From an uncultured Alphaproteobacteria bacterium (lineage in GTDB: Bacteria > Pseudomonadota > Alphaproteobacteria > CAZZKF01), in assembly GCA_964654995.1 (NCBI GenBank), contig CAZZKF010000005.1, forward strand, positions 1,616 through 65,615: a DNA stretch of 64,000 nucleotides, in the 5' to 3' direction. Of the stretch, positions 42,200 to 52,694 are shown one piece after another; positions within the stretch are counted from its first letter, which is position 1; the number at the start of each line of letters is the position of its first letter. A program made the translations under genes and the position numbers. Under the pieces are notes generated by a model. That model did no database searches. It saw only the letters and a list, made by a program, of their open reading frames with translations, and was not told the DNA's origin.

Positions 42200-42994
42200 A
42201 TGGAGTTTACCGACGACCAGATCGAGCGTTATGCCCGTCACATCGTGCTCAAGGAAATCGGTGGCGCCGGACAGAAGCGGCTGCTCGCCTCCCGGGTGCT
42301 GGTGGTCGGGGCCGGCGGGCTGGGCTCGCCTCTGGCGTTGTATCTGGCGGCGGCCGGGGTGGGGACCATCGGCATCATCGACGATGACCGGGTGAGCCTG
42401 TCCAATCTTCAGCGCCAGGTGCTGCACACCACCGCCGACATCGGGCGCGCGAAGACGGCACGCGCCAGGGAAGCGATCACCGCGCTCAACCCCGACGTTC
42501 GGGTGCGCGTCCATGATGAGCGCCTGACCCCGGAGAATGCGCTCGAGATCATTCGCACCTATGACATCGTTGCCGACGGCTCCGACAATTTCCCGACCCG
42601 TTTCCTGATCAACGACGCCTGCTATCTTTCCGGCCGGACGCTGGTTTCGGCCGCCATCGGCCAGTTCGAGGGTCAGTTGTCCACCTACAAGGCGCATGCC
42701 GGTGCCGAGTTCCCCTGCTATCGCTGCATCTTTCCCGAGCCGCCGCCGCCGGGCACCGTGCCGAGCTGTTCGGAGGGCGGGATCATCGGTTCGCTGGCCG
42801 GCGTCATGGGTTCGCTTCAGGCCACCGAAGTGATCAAGGAAATCACCGGCATCGGTGAGACCATGGCCGGGCGGCTGCTGATCTATGACGCTTTGGCGAC
42901 GCGCTTCCGGACCGTGCGGCTGCGCGCCGATCCGGCCTGTGCGCTGTGCGGGGCCCAGGCCAGCATCCGCGATCTCTCGGCGCACGCGGCCTGA
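42200..42994 (+). CDS. moeB: ThiF/MoeB family E1-like adenylyltransferase with C-terminal Cys pairs
   Basis: 264 aa. Nucleotide-binding VLVVGAGGLGSPLALYLAAAGVG and the MoeB core. A CxxC motif (CYRC) plus C-terminal CALC. Assigning it to Moco rather than another sulfur-carrier pathway is an inference. Confidence 0.8.
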   Translation: MEFTDDQIERYARHIVLKEIGGAGQKRLLASRVLVVGAGGLGSPLALYLAAAGVGTIGIIDDDRVSLSNLQRQVLHTTADIGRAKTARAREAITALNPDVRVRVHDERLTPENALEIIRTYDIVADGSDNFPTRFLINDACYLSGRTLVSAAIGQFEGQLSTYKAHAGAEFPCYRCIFPEPPPPGTVPSCSEGGIIGSLAGVMGSLQATEVIKEITGIGETMAGRLLIYDALATRFRTVRLRADPACALCGAQASIRDLSAHAA

Positions 42995-43009
42995 ACGAAG
43001 GTGGGGGCC

Positions 43010-43453
43010 ATGACCCGATCACCGGAGCCGCCCGAGAAGCTGTCGATCGTCGTCTTTTCCGGCGATTTCGCCCGCGTCCATTATGCCCTGCTGCTGGCCA
43101 GCGGCGCGGCGGCCATCGGCCGTGCCGCCACCCTGTTCTTCACCATGGAGGCGGTGCGCGCACTCACCAGCCCCGACGACGCCGGCACCCCGGGCTGGGC
43201 GCGGCTGACGGCAGAGGGCGGCGAGACGCCGCTGGAATGCGAGCAGCGCTATCGGGCAGGCGGCGTCGCCGGCATCGAGGACCTGTTCGAGGCCTGCCGC
43301 GAGTTGCGGGTGCGCTTTCTGGTCTGCGAGGCCGGCCTCAAGGCCACCGGCATCGACGAGCGCGATCTGCGCCGCGACCTGCCCGTCGAGGTGGCCGGGG
43401 CGGTCACCTTCCTCAACGACGCCTCGGCACGCGGCGCCACAATGTTTATTTGA
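43010..43453 (+). CDS. DsrE/DsrF/TusD-like family protein
   Basis: ATG at 43010 with an AAGGTGG Shine-Dalgarno. 147 aa. DsrE-like pattern of alternating hydrophobic beta-strands and a conserved Cys (RFLVCEAGL). Confidence 0.6.
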   Translation: MTRSPEPPEKLSIVVFSGDFARVHYALLLASGAAAIGRAATLFFTMEAVRALTSPDDAGTPGWARLTAEGGETPLECEQRYRAGGVAGIEDLFEACRELRVRFLVCEAGLKATGIDERDLRRDLPVEVAGAVTFLNDASARGATMFI

Positions 43454-43471
43454 AGGGCGAGGCCCGAGGCT

Positions 43472-44458
43472 CTAAATCAGACCTTCGAGCACCCGGTCCG
43501 GCGGCGTGTGGCCGTCGACGAAGGTCTTGATGTTGATGATCACCTTTTCGCCCATGTCGATGCGGCCCTCGAGCGTCGCCGAGCTCATGTGGGGGAGCAG
43601 CACGACATTGTCGAGCTCGAGAAGCTTGGGATTGACCGCCGGCTCGTGCTCGAACACGTCGAGGCCGGCGCCGGCCAGATCGCCGTTGAGCAGCATCCGG
43701 GTGAGCGCGTTCTCGTCGACCACCTCGCCGCGCGAGGTGTTGACGATATAGCTGGTGTTCTTCATCAGTTTCAGCCGCCGCGCCGACATCAGGTGATAGG
43801 TCGCCGGCGTGTGCGGGCAGTTGATCGACAGGATGTCGACCCGGGCGACCATCTGGTCGAGGCTTTCCCAGTAGGTGGCCTCGAGCTCGGCCTCGATTTC
43901 CTTCGGCACCGGGTTGCGGTTGTGGTAGTGGATCGACAGCCCGAAGGCCCGCGCCCGGCGCGCCACCGCCTGGCCGATGCGCCCCATCCCCAGGATGCCC
44001 AGGCGCTTGCCCCAGATGCGGTGGCCGAGCATCCAGGTCGGCGACCAGCCCTTCCATTCGCCGCGGCGCATGATGCGCTCGCCTTCGGCCAGGCGCCGCG
44101 GCACGGCGAGGATCAGCGCCATGGTCATGTCCGCGGTATCCTCGGTCAGTACGCCGGGCGTGTTGGTCACCGTGATCCCGCGCTGGCGCGCGGTGGCGAG
44201 ATCGATGTGGTCGACGCCGGTGCCGAAATTGGCAATCAGGCGCAGCTCGGGATTGGCCTGGGTGAGCACGCCCTTGTCGATACGGTCGGTGACCGTCGGG
44301 ACCAGCACGTCGGCCTCGCGCACCGCGGCGATCAGATCGGCCTGGGTAAACGGCCGATCGTCGAGATTGAGCCGCGCATCGAACAGCTCCATCATCCGCG
44401 TCTCGATCGCGTCCGGGAGCTTGCGGGTCACAATGACAAGCGGCTTCTTCCGCGTCAT
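43472..44458 (-). CDS. D-isomer-specific 2-hydroxyacid dehydrogenase (glyoxylate/hydroxypyruvate reductase type)
   Basis: The real start is the ATG at 44458 (MTRKKPLVIVTRKLP). NAD motif GILGMGRIGQAVARRA and the catalytic R/E/H region. The overlapping 386-aa ORF at 43446..44606 in another frame is Arg-rich and looks like an artefact. Confidence 0.88.
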   Translation of the reverse strand: MTRKKPLVIVTRKLPDAIETRMMELFDARLNLDDRPFTQADLIAAVREADVLVPTVTDRIDKGVLTQANPELRLIANFGTGVDHIDLATARQRGITVTNTPGVLTEDTADMTMALILAVPRRLAEGERIMRRGEWKGWSPTWMLGHRIWGKRLGILGMGRIGQAVARRARAFGLSIHYHNRNPVPKEIEAELEATYWESLDQMVARVDILSINCPHTPATYHLMSARRLKLMKNTSYIVNTSRGEVVDENALTRMLLNGDLAGAGLDVFEHEPAVNPKLLELDNVVLLPHMSSATLEGRIDMGEKVIINIKTFVDGHTPPDRVLEGLI

Positions 44459-44690
44459 GCGGCGTCTCCTTTCGGCTCCAAAGCCGGTCTCCGGCCGGGC
44501 GATGGCCCGCACCTTCACATCCTGACACAGATCGGGCCGAGGTGCGAGCGGCCCACAGGCATTTCCAGCAACAGGCATCTCTAGCAAATGCCGGGCGCCC
44601 TTTCAAATGCCGTCATCGACTTGTCCGCCGGCGTCATCGGCTTATCCTTCGCTTGACCCGGGGCCACCGCGAGCGGCATAACTTGGCGCC

Positions 44691-45266
44691 ATGACGATCT
44701 CGGGACAGGCGACACCAGAAGCGGCTGAGCCGACGCGCCGGCGGCGACGTTGGGCGACCGTTGTCGGGCTCCTGGGCCTGTGTCTGTGGGCCCTCGCCGG
44801 CATGGTTCAGATGCCGGTCGCCGACGCCCAGACATTGCCGTCGCGCGGCGCCTCGGGTCTGCCGCTGCCGCGTTTCGTCTCGATCGCCGCCAGCCGCGCC
44901 AACCTGCGGGCCGGGCCGGGCCGGCAATATCCCATCGACTGGGTCTATGTGCGCGCCGGCACGCCGCTCAAGGTGATCGCCGAATTCGGCCAGTGGCGCC
45001 AGGTGCGCGACATCGACGGCACCACCGGCTGGATGCACAAGAGCCTGCTGTCGGGCCGGCGCACGGCGGTGGTCGTCGGCAAGCGCCAGACCGTCCATGC
45101 CGAGCCGGAGCTGTCGAGCCGCGTGGTGCTGTACGTCGATCCCCGGGTGGTGGTGGAGCTGCGCCAGTGCGGCGGCGGCTGGTGCCGGATCAAGGTCGGC
45201 GATTATTCCGGCTGGATCCCGCGGCGCTTTCTCTGGGGCGCCGCCTCGATCGAGCCCATCGGCTGA
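44691..45266 (+). CDS. secreted bacterial SH3-domain protein (two SH3b repeats)
   Basis: 191 aa. Signal or TM segment, then two SH3b-like repeats (ANLRAGPGRQYPIDWVYVRAGTPLKV... and WCRIKVGDYSGWIPRRFLWG). Confidence 0.75.
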   Translation: MTISGQATPEAAEPTRRRRRWATVVGLLGLCLWALAGMVQMPVADAQTLPSRGASGLPLPRFVSIAASRANLRAGPGRQYPIDWVYVRAGTPLKVIAEFGQWRQVRDIDGTTGWMHKSLLSGRRTAVVVGKRQTVHAEPELSSRVVLYVDPRVVVELRQCGGGWCRIKVGDYSGWIPRRFLWGAASIEPIG

Positions 45267-45293
45267 TCTTCGGCCTGGCGGCGATTCTGTGGC

Positions 45294-45902
45294 TCAGGAT
45301 GCGACCGGCGGATCGAAATCCCCGGCCAGTTCGGCCCGCACCTCGTCGGGCAGCACCGCCATATGGGCGTATCCGGGGTGGCTGATTTCCAGAATCACCG
45401 GCACTTTGCCGCTGCGAAACGCCTCGATCTGGGCCGCGGTGAAGCGGAAATGCAGAAAATGCACCGATGAAGTGCGCCCCTCCGATGTGGTGCGCTCGAC
45501 ATCGTGTTCGGGCTCGGCCGGAATCGTCTGATCGTCGATGCGAAAGGCGACCGCGCGCTCGATACCGCCGAGGCCGGCCAGCGCGCGGGCCCGGCGCTCC
45601 GGGTTGTCAATCTCGATCATCATTGTCGCCACCAGCTCGTCCCCTTTCGGAATCAAGGGGTTGTACGCCGCCAGCTCATCATCGATCTGGGCTTCGCCGC
45701 CCTTCTCGGAACGCAGCATTTCGTGAACCTGCCACCACATGGTGTCGTAGTTCTCGAAATAGAAGGTGATGTCAGGGCCGACGGGGACCCGGCGCCGCGC
45801 CTTGACGGCGATGATCTCGGCCCGGCGTGCGTCGCGAATGCGGGCGAAGTCCTCCATGGAGAGGATGTCGTCGCGGGTGATCCGGTGGGCCTCGCGGCTC
45901 AT
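45294..45902 (-). CDS. DUF3501-like hypothetical protein
   Basis: The start ATG at 45902 (MSREAHRITRDDILSMEDF) overlaps the upstream gene's stop as ATGA. The track entry to 46046 adds an Arg/Gly-rich artefact. The family assignment is tentative. Confidence 0.6.
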   Translation of the reverse strand: MSREAHRITRDDILSMEDFARIRDARRAEIIAVKARRRVPVGPDITFYFENYDTMWWQVHEMLRSEKGGEAQIDDELAAYNPLIPKGDELVATMMIEIDNPERRARALAGLGGIERAVAFRIDDQTIPAEPEHDVERTTSEGRTSSVHFLHFRFTAAQIEAFRSGKVPVILEISHPGYAHMAVLPDEVRAELAGDFDPPVAS

Positions 45903-47272
45903 GATGCGGCCTCCGACGGCGCGCCTTCGTAGCCAAGGCCGTAGGCCAGCGCCATCAACTCGATCGGGTGGCGGGCAGTGGCGGGCGCCCGGGCCGCATC
46001 CAGGCGCTCGATCCCCTGCACGATGTGCTCGGCGGCCAGCGGACATTCGGAAGCCACCAGCGGCCTGCCGGAGTCCAGCGCCCGGCGCGCCACCGGGCGG
46101 CCGACCTTGAGGGCCACCTCGAAATTGTCCTTGAGCACCCCCCAGGCGCCGCCGTGGCCGGAGCAGCGTTCGATGACATCAATGTCGGCGCCGGGAATGA
46201 GACGCAGCATCTCGGCCGCCTTGGGGCCCATGTTCTGGGCCCGGGCATGGCAGGCGAGGTGCAGTGACACGCCGCCCGGCAGCGCGCCCAACCCGTCGGC
46301 CAGGCCTTCCCCGCGGGCAATATCGACGACATATTCGCTGATATCGCGGGTGTGGCGGGCGAGGCGCTGCACCGCCTCGTCATCGGGCACAATCAGGGGC
46401 CACTCGAACTTCAGCATCAGGGCGCACGACGGCACCAGGGCGATGACCTCATAGCCCTTGTCGATCCAGCGCCCGAGCTCGCCGGCGACTTTGCGGGCGC
46501 GCGCCGCCACCGCCTCGAGATCGCCCTGCTCGAGCTTCGGCATGCCGCAGCAAACCGGATAGACGACCTCTGTCTCCACCCCGTTGTGAGCGAGCACGGC
46601 ACGTGCCGCCCGGCCGAGCCCGGGATTGTTGTAATTGACGAAACAGGTGGCATAGATCACCGCCTTGCGGCCAAACGCCGGGGCATCCCGATTGACGGCG
46701 AGCGGCGCCGGCTCGCGAACCAAGGGCCGCGATGCGAACTTCGGCAGGGCGGCATCCCGATCGATGCCGGTGAGCCATTCGATGAGGCGGCGCAGCAGCC
46801 GGTTTTCCCGCTTGCTCGCCCAGTTGACCAGCGCCGCAACGGGCACCGCCAGGCGGGCGTTGCGATCGGTCTCGGACAGCAGCCGGGAAATCCACCGAAC
46901 TTTTCGCTGGCGAAAGCGGCTGGCCCGGTAACGCAGCATCAGATGGGGAAAGTCGAGGTTGAATTCGTGCGGCGGCACATAGGGGCATTTGGTCATGAAG
47001 CACATGTCGCACAGCGTGCAGGCCTCGACCACCCGGCCGAAGGCGGAACTCGGCACCGAATCGAGCTCGCCGGTTTGCGATTCGTCGATCAGATCGAACA
47101 GCCGCGGAAAGGAATCGCACAGATTGAAGCAGCGCCGGCAACCATGGCAGATGTCGAAGACCCGGCGCAGCTCGGCATCGATCGCGTCCGAGTCATAGAA
47201 GTCTGCCTCATGCCATGCCAGAGGATGGCGTTCCGGGGCCTTGAGGCCCCCTTCTCCGGCCACCGAGGTCAT
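45899..47272 (-). CDS. (Fe-S)-binding oxidoreductase with 4Fe-4S dicluster and two CCG (cysteine-rich) domains, GlpC/HdrD-like
   Basis: 457 aa. N-terminal ferredoxin-like CxxCxxCxxxC pairs (CHGCRRCFNLC, CTLCDMCFMTKC) and C-terminal CCG motifs (VYPVCCG, CSGHGG). Confidence 0.8.
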   Translation of the reverse strand: MTSVAGEGGLKAPERHPLAWHEADFYDSDAIDAELRRVFDICHGCRRCFNLCDSFPRLFDLIDESQTGELDSVPSSAFGRVVEACTLCDMCFMTKCPYVPPHEFNLDFPHLMLRYRASRFRQRKVRWISRLLSETDRNARLAVPVAALVNWASKRENRLLRRLIEWLTGIDRDAALPKFASRPLVREPAPLAVNRDAPAFGRKAVIYATCFVNYNNPGLGRAARAVLAHNGVETEVVYPVCCGMPKLEQGDLEAVAARARKVAGELGRWIDKGYEVIALVPSCALMLKFEWPLIVPDDEAVQRLARHTRDISEYVVDIARGEGLADGLGALPGGVSLHLACHARAQNMGPKAAEMLRLIPGADIDVIERCSGHGGAWGVLKDNFEVALKVGRPVARRALDSGRPLVASECPLAAEHIVQGIERLDAARAPATARHPIELMALAYGLGYEGAPSEAAS

Positions 47273-47385
47273 GATCGCCCCTTCGCCTCCTGCAATTTCG
47301 TATGTCCACGCGCCAGACGCCCGGCCCCGGGGCGATGCCCCGGGACCGGCATGTCGGTCTTGACGATGTGTTCAGTGAAGCGGGC

Positions 47386-47805
47386 CTAGTCGAGGCTGTC
47401 CAGTGCTTTCTGGAAGCGGCCGGCGTGCGAGCGTTCGGCTTTCGCCAGGGTCTCGAACCAGTCGGCGATTTCGTCGAAGCCTTCCTCGCGCGCGGTCCGC
47501 GCCATGCCCGGATACATGTCGGTATATTCATAGGTTTCGCCGGCAATCGCCGCCTTCAGATTGTCGGCCGTCGGGCCGATCGGCTCGCCGGTTGCCGGAT
47601 CGCCGACGCTTTCCATGAACTCGAGATGGCCGTGGGCATGGCCGGTCTCGCCTTCGGCCGTCGAGCGGAACACGGCGGCGACGTCGTTATAGCCCTCGAT
47701 ATCAGCCTTCTGGGCGAAATAAAGATAGCGGCGATTGGCCTGGCTTTCGCCGGCAAAGGCGGCTTTCAGGTTCTCCAGGGTCTTGGTGTTGGCAAGCGAC
47801 GACAT
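47386..47805 (-). CDS. rubrerythrin-like diiron (ferritin-like) protein lacking a rubredoxin domain
   Basis: The ATG at 47805 is preceded by GAGGAGGAG. 139 aa with two ExxH diiron motifs (EGETGH, ERSH). Confidence 0.85.
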   Translation of the reverse strand: MSSLANTKTLENLKAAFAGESQANRRYLYFAQKADIEGYNDVAAVFRSTAEGETGHAHGHLEFMESVGDPATGEPIGPTADNLKAAIAGETYEYTDMYPGMARTAREEGFDEIADWFETLAKAERSHAGRFQKALDSLD

Positions 47806-47940
47806 GTCTTCTCCTCCTCGTTTTCCGGTTTTTCCTGCTCGCCCCCGATGGCCACGACAGGCCGGGAGCAGGCTGGGATGAATCGCCGGCACGTCTCCCG
47901 CATAGGCGAGATCACACGCCGACCAGAGCCTGTATTATTA

Positions 47941-47958
47941 TTTAGAATAATTCCAGAA
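47941..47958. promoter_or_regulatory. ICE-like (Irr-box) motif TTTAGAA-TAA-TTCCAGA in the rubrerythrin promoter region
   Basis: 7/7 matches in the left half and 5/7 in the right half to the alphaproteobacterial iron control element TTTAGAA-N3-TTCTAAA. It sits about 135 nt upstream of the rubrerythrin start, just downstream of the Irr-like gene. An adjacent inverted repeat TCCAGA-N14-TCTGGA is at 47951-47976. Confidence 0.45.
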
Positions 47959-47979
47959 TGTTCAACAACGATCTGGAAA

Positions 47980-48435
47980 TCATTTGGAATTTTTTCGACT
48001 TAGACGCACAATGACATCCACCCGGCTGACTTTCGTGCCCACCGGTGGGGCCGGCAGATGACCGGCTCCGAAATCCTGACCCTCGATATCGGCAAGCTCG
48101 CCTTCGTCTTCGAAATAGTAGTGATTGTGCTCGCTCGTGTTGGTATCGAAATAGGTGCGGCCGGCATCGACCACGATCTGACGCAGCAGGCCGACCGCGG
48201 TGAACTGATGGAGGGTATTGTAGACGGTTGCCAGCGACACCTTGTGACCGGCGGTCAGTGCCTCGCGGTGCAGCATCTCGGCCGTGATGTGGCGGTCCTC
48301 GCCCTGCTCGAACAACAGCCGCGCCAGTGCCAGGCGCTGGCGCGTCGGGCGCAACTGGACGGCGCGCAAGCGTTCCAGGCTGCCGGCAAAGGGCCGTTTG
48401 GAGGCATCGATTCGCTGTTCATCCATGATCTGCAT
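47980..48435 (-). CDS. irr: Fur family transcriptional regulator, Irr-like (iron response regulator)
   Basis: 151 aa. Fur wHTH. A His-rich TNTSEHNHYYFED segment resembles the Irr HHH/HxH heme-regulatory motif region (DTN..HHHFY in rhizobial Irr). The Irr assignment is moderately confident. Confidence 0.7.
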   Translation of the reverse strand: MQIMDEQRIDASKRPFAGSLERLRAVQLRPTRQRLALARLLFEQGEDRHITAEMLHREALTAGHKVSLATVYNTLHQFTAVGLLRQIVVDAGRTYFDTNTSEHNHYYFEDEGELADIEGQDFGAGHLPAPPVGTKVSRVDVIVRLSRKNSK

Positions 48436-48524
48436 CCGGTTGCTGCCGCATCGCGCCCTCGGTGGTACGATCGGGTTTTACGATATTACGATTCCAAAGA
48501 TCGACCAAAATACCCCCATTTCAA

Positions 48525-48539
48525 GGGCTTAAAAAGCCC
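48525..48539 (-). terminator. short GC stem-loop (GGGCTT-aaa-AAGCCC) downstream of the NMO-like gene
   Basis: 6-bp perfect stem 40 nt after the minus-strand gene ending at 48579. The U-tract is weak, so this is at best a weak intrinsic terminator. Confidence 0.3.
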
Positions 48540-48578
48540 ACGGGGCGATTTGACGCACCCGGCCACCGGCCCGGCGGT

Positions 48579-49973
48579 TCAGTCGCCAGTGAGAATCCGG
48601 TCGATCAGCTGCTTGACCGTCGGCACAAAACCGTTGGAATAGAAGGGATCGCTGGCAAACCGGTAGACACTGTGGCCGGCGAACATCAGGTTGTTTTCGA
48701 CATCGCCCGTATGGGCAATATCCATCAGCGTTTTCTGAATGCAGAAGCTGCGGGGGTCCGCCTTGCGCCCGGTGCTGCCGCCATCCTGCTTCCAGTTGGA
48801 GAACTTGCAGGCGCTCAGGCACCCCATGCACTCGATCTGATCGCGCCGGATCTGGTCGCGTTTTTCCCGGGTGACGAAAATCAGCGTGAGATCGGGGGTG
48901 CGCATCGGCTCATCGAAGCCCTGGCGGCACCATTCCTCGGCCCGGCGCTTGTCCCCCGGGGTGACATAGACCGGCCGTTTGCGCACACCGATCGACAGCT
49001 CCGCCTGATGGTCGCCGACCGGTTCGTTGCTATACGGAATCTGGCGCTGGCTGCGCTCTTCGAGCTCGTTCAGAAACCGGTTGCGCACGGCCGACGAATA
49101 GAAGTTCGTCGGGCTGTAGCGGTGCAGAACCACATCGCCCTCGCGCAAGGTCAGCAGGCGCTGCTTCCAGCTTTCGGGGATCGGGCTTTCGCGGGTCAGC
49201 AAGGGCCGGGTGCCGTACTGGAAGACGATCGGCCCGAGGTCGGGATTGTCGATCCAGTCTTCCCAGTCGCGCAGGTACCACACCCCGCCGGCCATGATGA
49301 TCGGGGTGTCGCCGAGCCCCATCTCGCGCATCCGCCGGCGCAGCTCCAGCACCCGCGGGAACGGCGCCTCGGGCTTTTCCGGGTCTTCGCTGTTGGACAG
49401 GCCGTTGTGGCCGCCGGCCCGCCAGGGATCTTCGTAGACGACGCCGCCCAGCCATTCCGAAACCTTGTGGTAGGCGCGTTTCCACAGCGCCCGGAAGGCC
49501 CGCGCCGACGAGATGATCGGGTAATAGTAGCATTCGTACTTGGCGGCGATCTCGCCGAGGCGATAGGGCATGCCGGCACCGCAGGTGATGCCGTTGATCA
49601 GGTCCTTGGCGCCTTCCAGAACCCCCTTGAGGACGCGCTCGGCACCGCCCATTTCCCACAGCACGTTGATGTGAATGCGACCCTCGCCGCCGGCCATCTC
49701 ATAGGCCCGGCGGACCTGGGTAAGGCCACCGGAAATGGCGTAATTGATCAGTTCCTCATGGCGCTCGCGCCGGGTCCGGCCGTGATAGACCTGGGGAATG
49801 AGGTTGCCGTGTTCATCGAAGGAATCGGCGTTCACACAAGACACCGTGCCGATGCCACCGGCCGCCGCCCAGGCACCCGAGCTTTGCCAGTTGGTGATCG
49901 AAATGCCCTTGCCGCCTTCAATCAGGGGCAGCACTTCACGCCCCGACAGCATGATCGGATTAAGTGGTTTCAT
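48579..49973 (-). CDS. nitronate monooxygenase / NAD(P)H-dependent flavin oxidoreductase family protein with C-terminal extension
   Basis: 464 aa. FMN-binding TIM-barrel NMO motifs (PIISSA, GGVWY region). About 100 aa longer than typical NMOs and ends in a Cys-containing tail (ECMGCLSACKF). Confidence 0.7.
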   Translation of the reverse strand: MKPLNPIMLSGREVLPLIEGGKGISITNWQSSGAWAAAGGIGTVSCVNADSFDEHGNLIPQVYHGRTRRERHEELINYAISGGLTQVRRAYEMAGGEGRIHINVLWEMGGAERVLKGVLEGAKDLINGITCGAGMPYRLGEIAAKYECYYYPIISSARAFRALWKRAYHKVSEWLGGVVYEDPWRAGGHNGLSNSEDPEKPEAPFPRVLELRRRMREMGLGDTPIIMAGGVWYLRDWEDWIDNPDLGPIVFQYGTRPLLTRESPIPESWKQRLLTLREGDVVLHRYSPTNFYSSAVRNRFLNELEERSQRQIPYSNEPVGDHQAELSIGVRKRPVYVTPGDKRRAEEWCRQGFDEPMRTPDLTLIFVTREKRDQIRRDQIECMGCLSACKFSNWKQDGGSTGRKADPRSFCIQKTLMDIAHTGDVENNLMFAGHSVYRFASDPFYSNGFVPTVKQLIDRILTGD

Positions 49974-50129
49974 CGCCTATCATTCCCCCCGACGGCCACC
50001 CCCGCACCGCCCATTGCCGGGGGCCGGCCGCAACAGCGGCAGGTGCCCCGCCGGGTCCAGTTCTCCGTTGTCATTATGTAGTGCATCGACGGGTGCCGCC
50101 AAGTCCGAGCCTTCTCGTGGCCGGAGTCG

Positions 50130-52277
<2,148 letters not shown>

Positions 52278-52405
52278 TCCTGTCTGTCCTGTTCCCTTGC
52301 CCGGGCCGCCCTATTGCCGCCCGGCCTGCAAAATCACGGGGCCCGTCCTTTGGGGATGCATGCGCCTGCGATCCGCGTGAGTGATGGTCGAGACATGCGT
52401 CGACC

Positions 52406-52675
52406 TTATTTGCGCAGGCCCAGACGGTTGATCAGCGCCAGATAGCGGTCTTGATCCTTGCGTTTAAGGTAATCGAGAAGCCGCCGGCGGTGATTGACCA
52501 TCTTGATAAGGCCGCGCCGCGAGTGATTGTCCTTCTTGTGAGTCTTGAAGTGCTCGGTGAGATTGACAATCCGTTCGGTGAGTATTGCCACCTGGACTTC
52601 GGGCGACCCGGTATCGCCGGGTTTCGGCGCGAAGTCCTTGATCAGTTCGGTTTTTCTTTCAGCCGTAATCGACAT
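52406..52675 (-). CDS. rpsO: 30S ribosomal protein S15
   Basis: The ATG at 52675 ([15 protein letters not shown]...) is preceded by AGGAG. 89 aa. The ORF-track start at 52732 is spurious. Confidence 0.95.
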   Translation of the reverse strand: MSITAERKTELIKDFAPKPGDTGSPEVQVAILTERIVNLTEHFKTHKKDNHSRRGLIKMVNHRRRLLDYLKRKDQDRYLALINRLGLRK

Positions 52676-52694
52676 CGACAACTCCTGTTCTAGT

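Noticed and set aside
43446-44606. 386-aa minus-strand ORF overlapping the 2-hydroxyacid dehydrogenase in another frame.
   Set aside because: The product is Arg/Pro/Gly-rich with no fold signatures. The co-located frame 43472..44458 has the full NAD-binding and catalytic motifs of D-2-hydroxyacid dehydrogenases.
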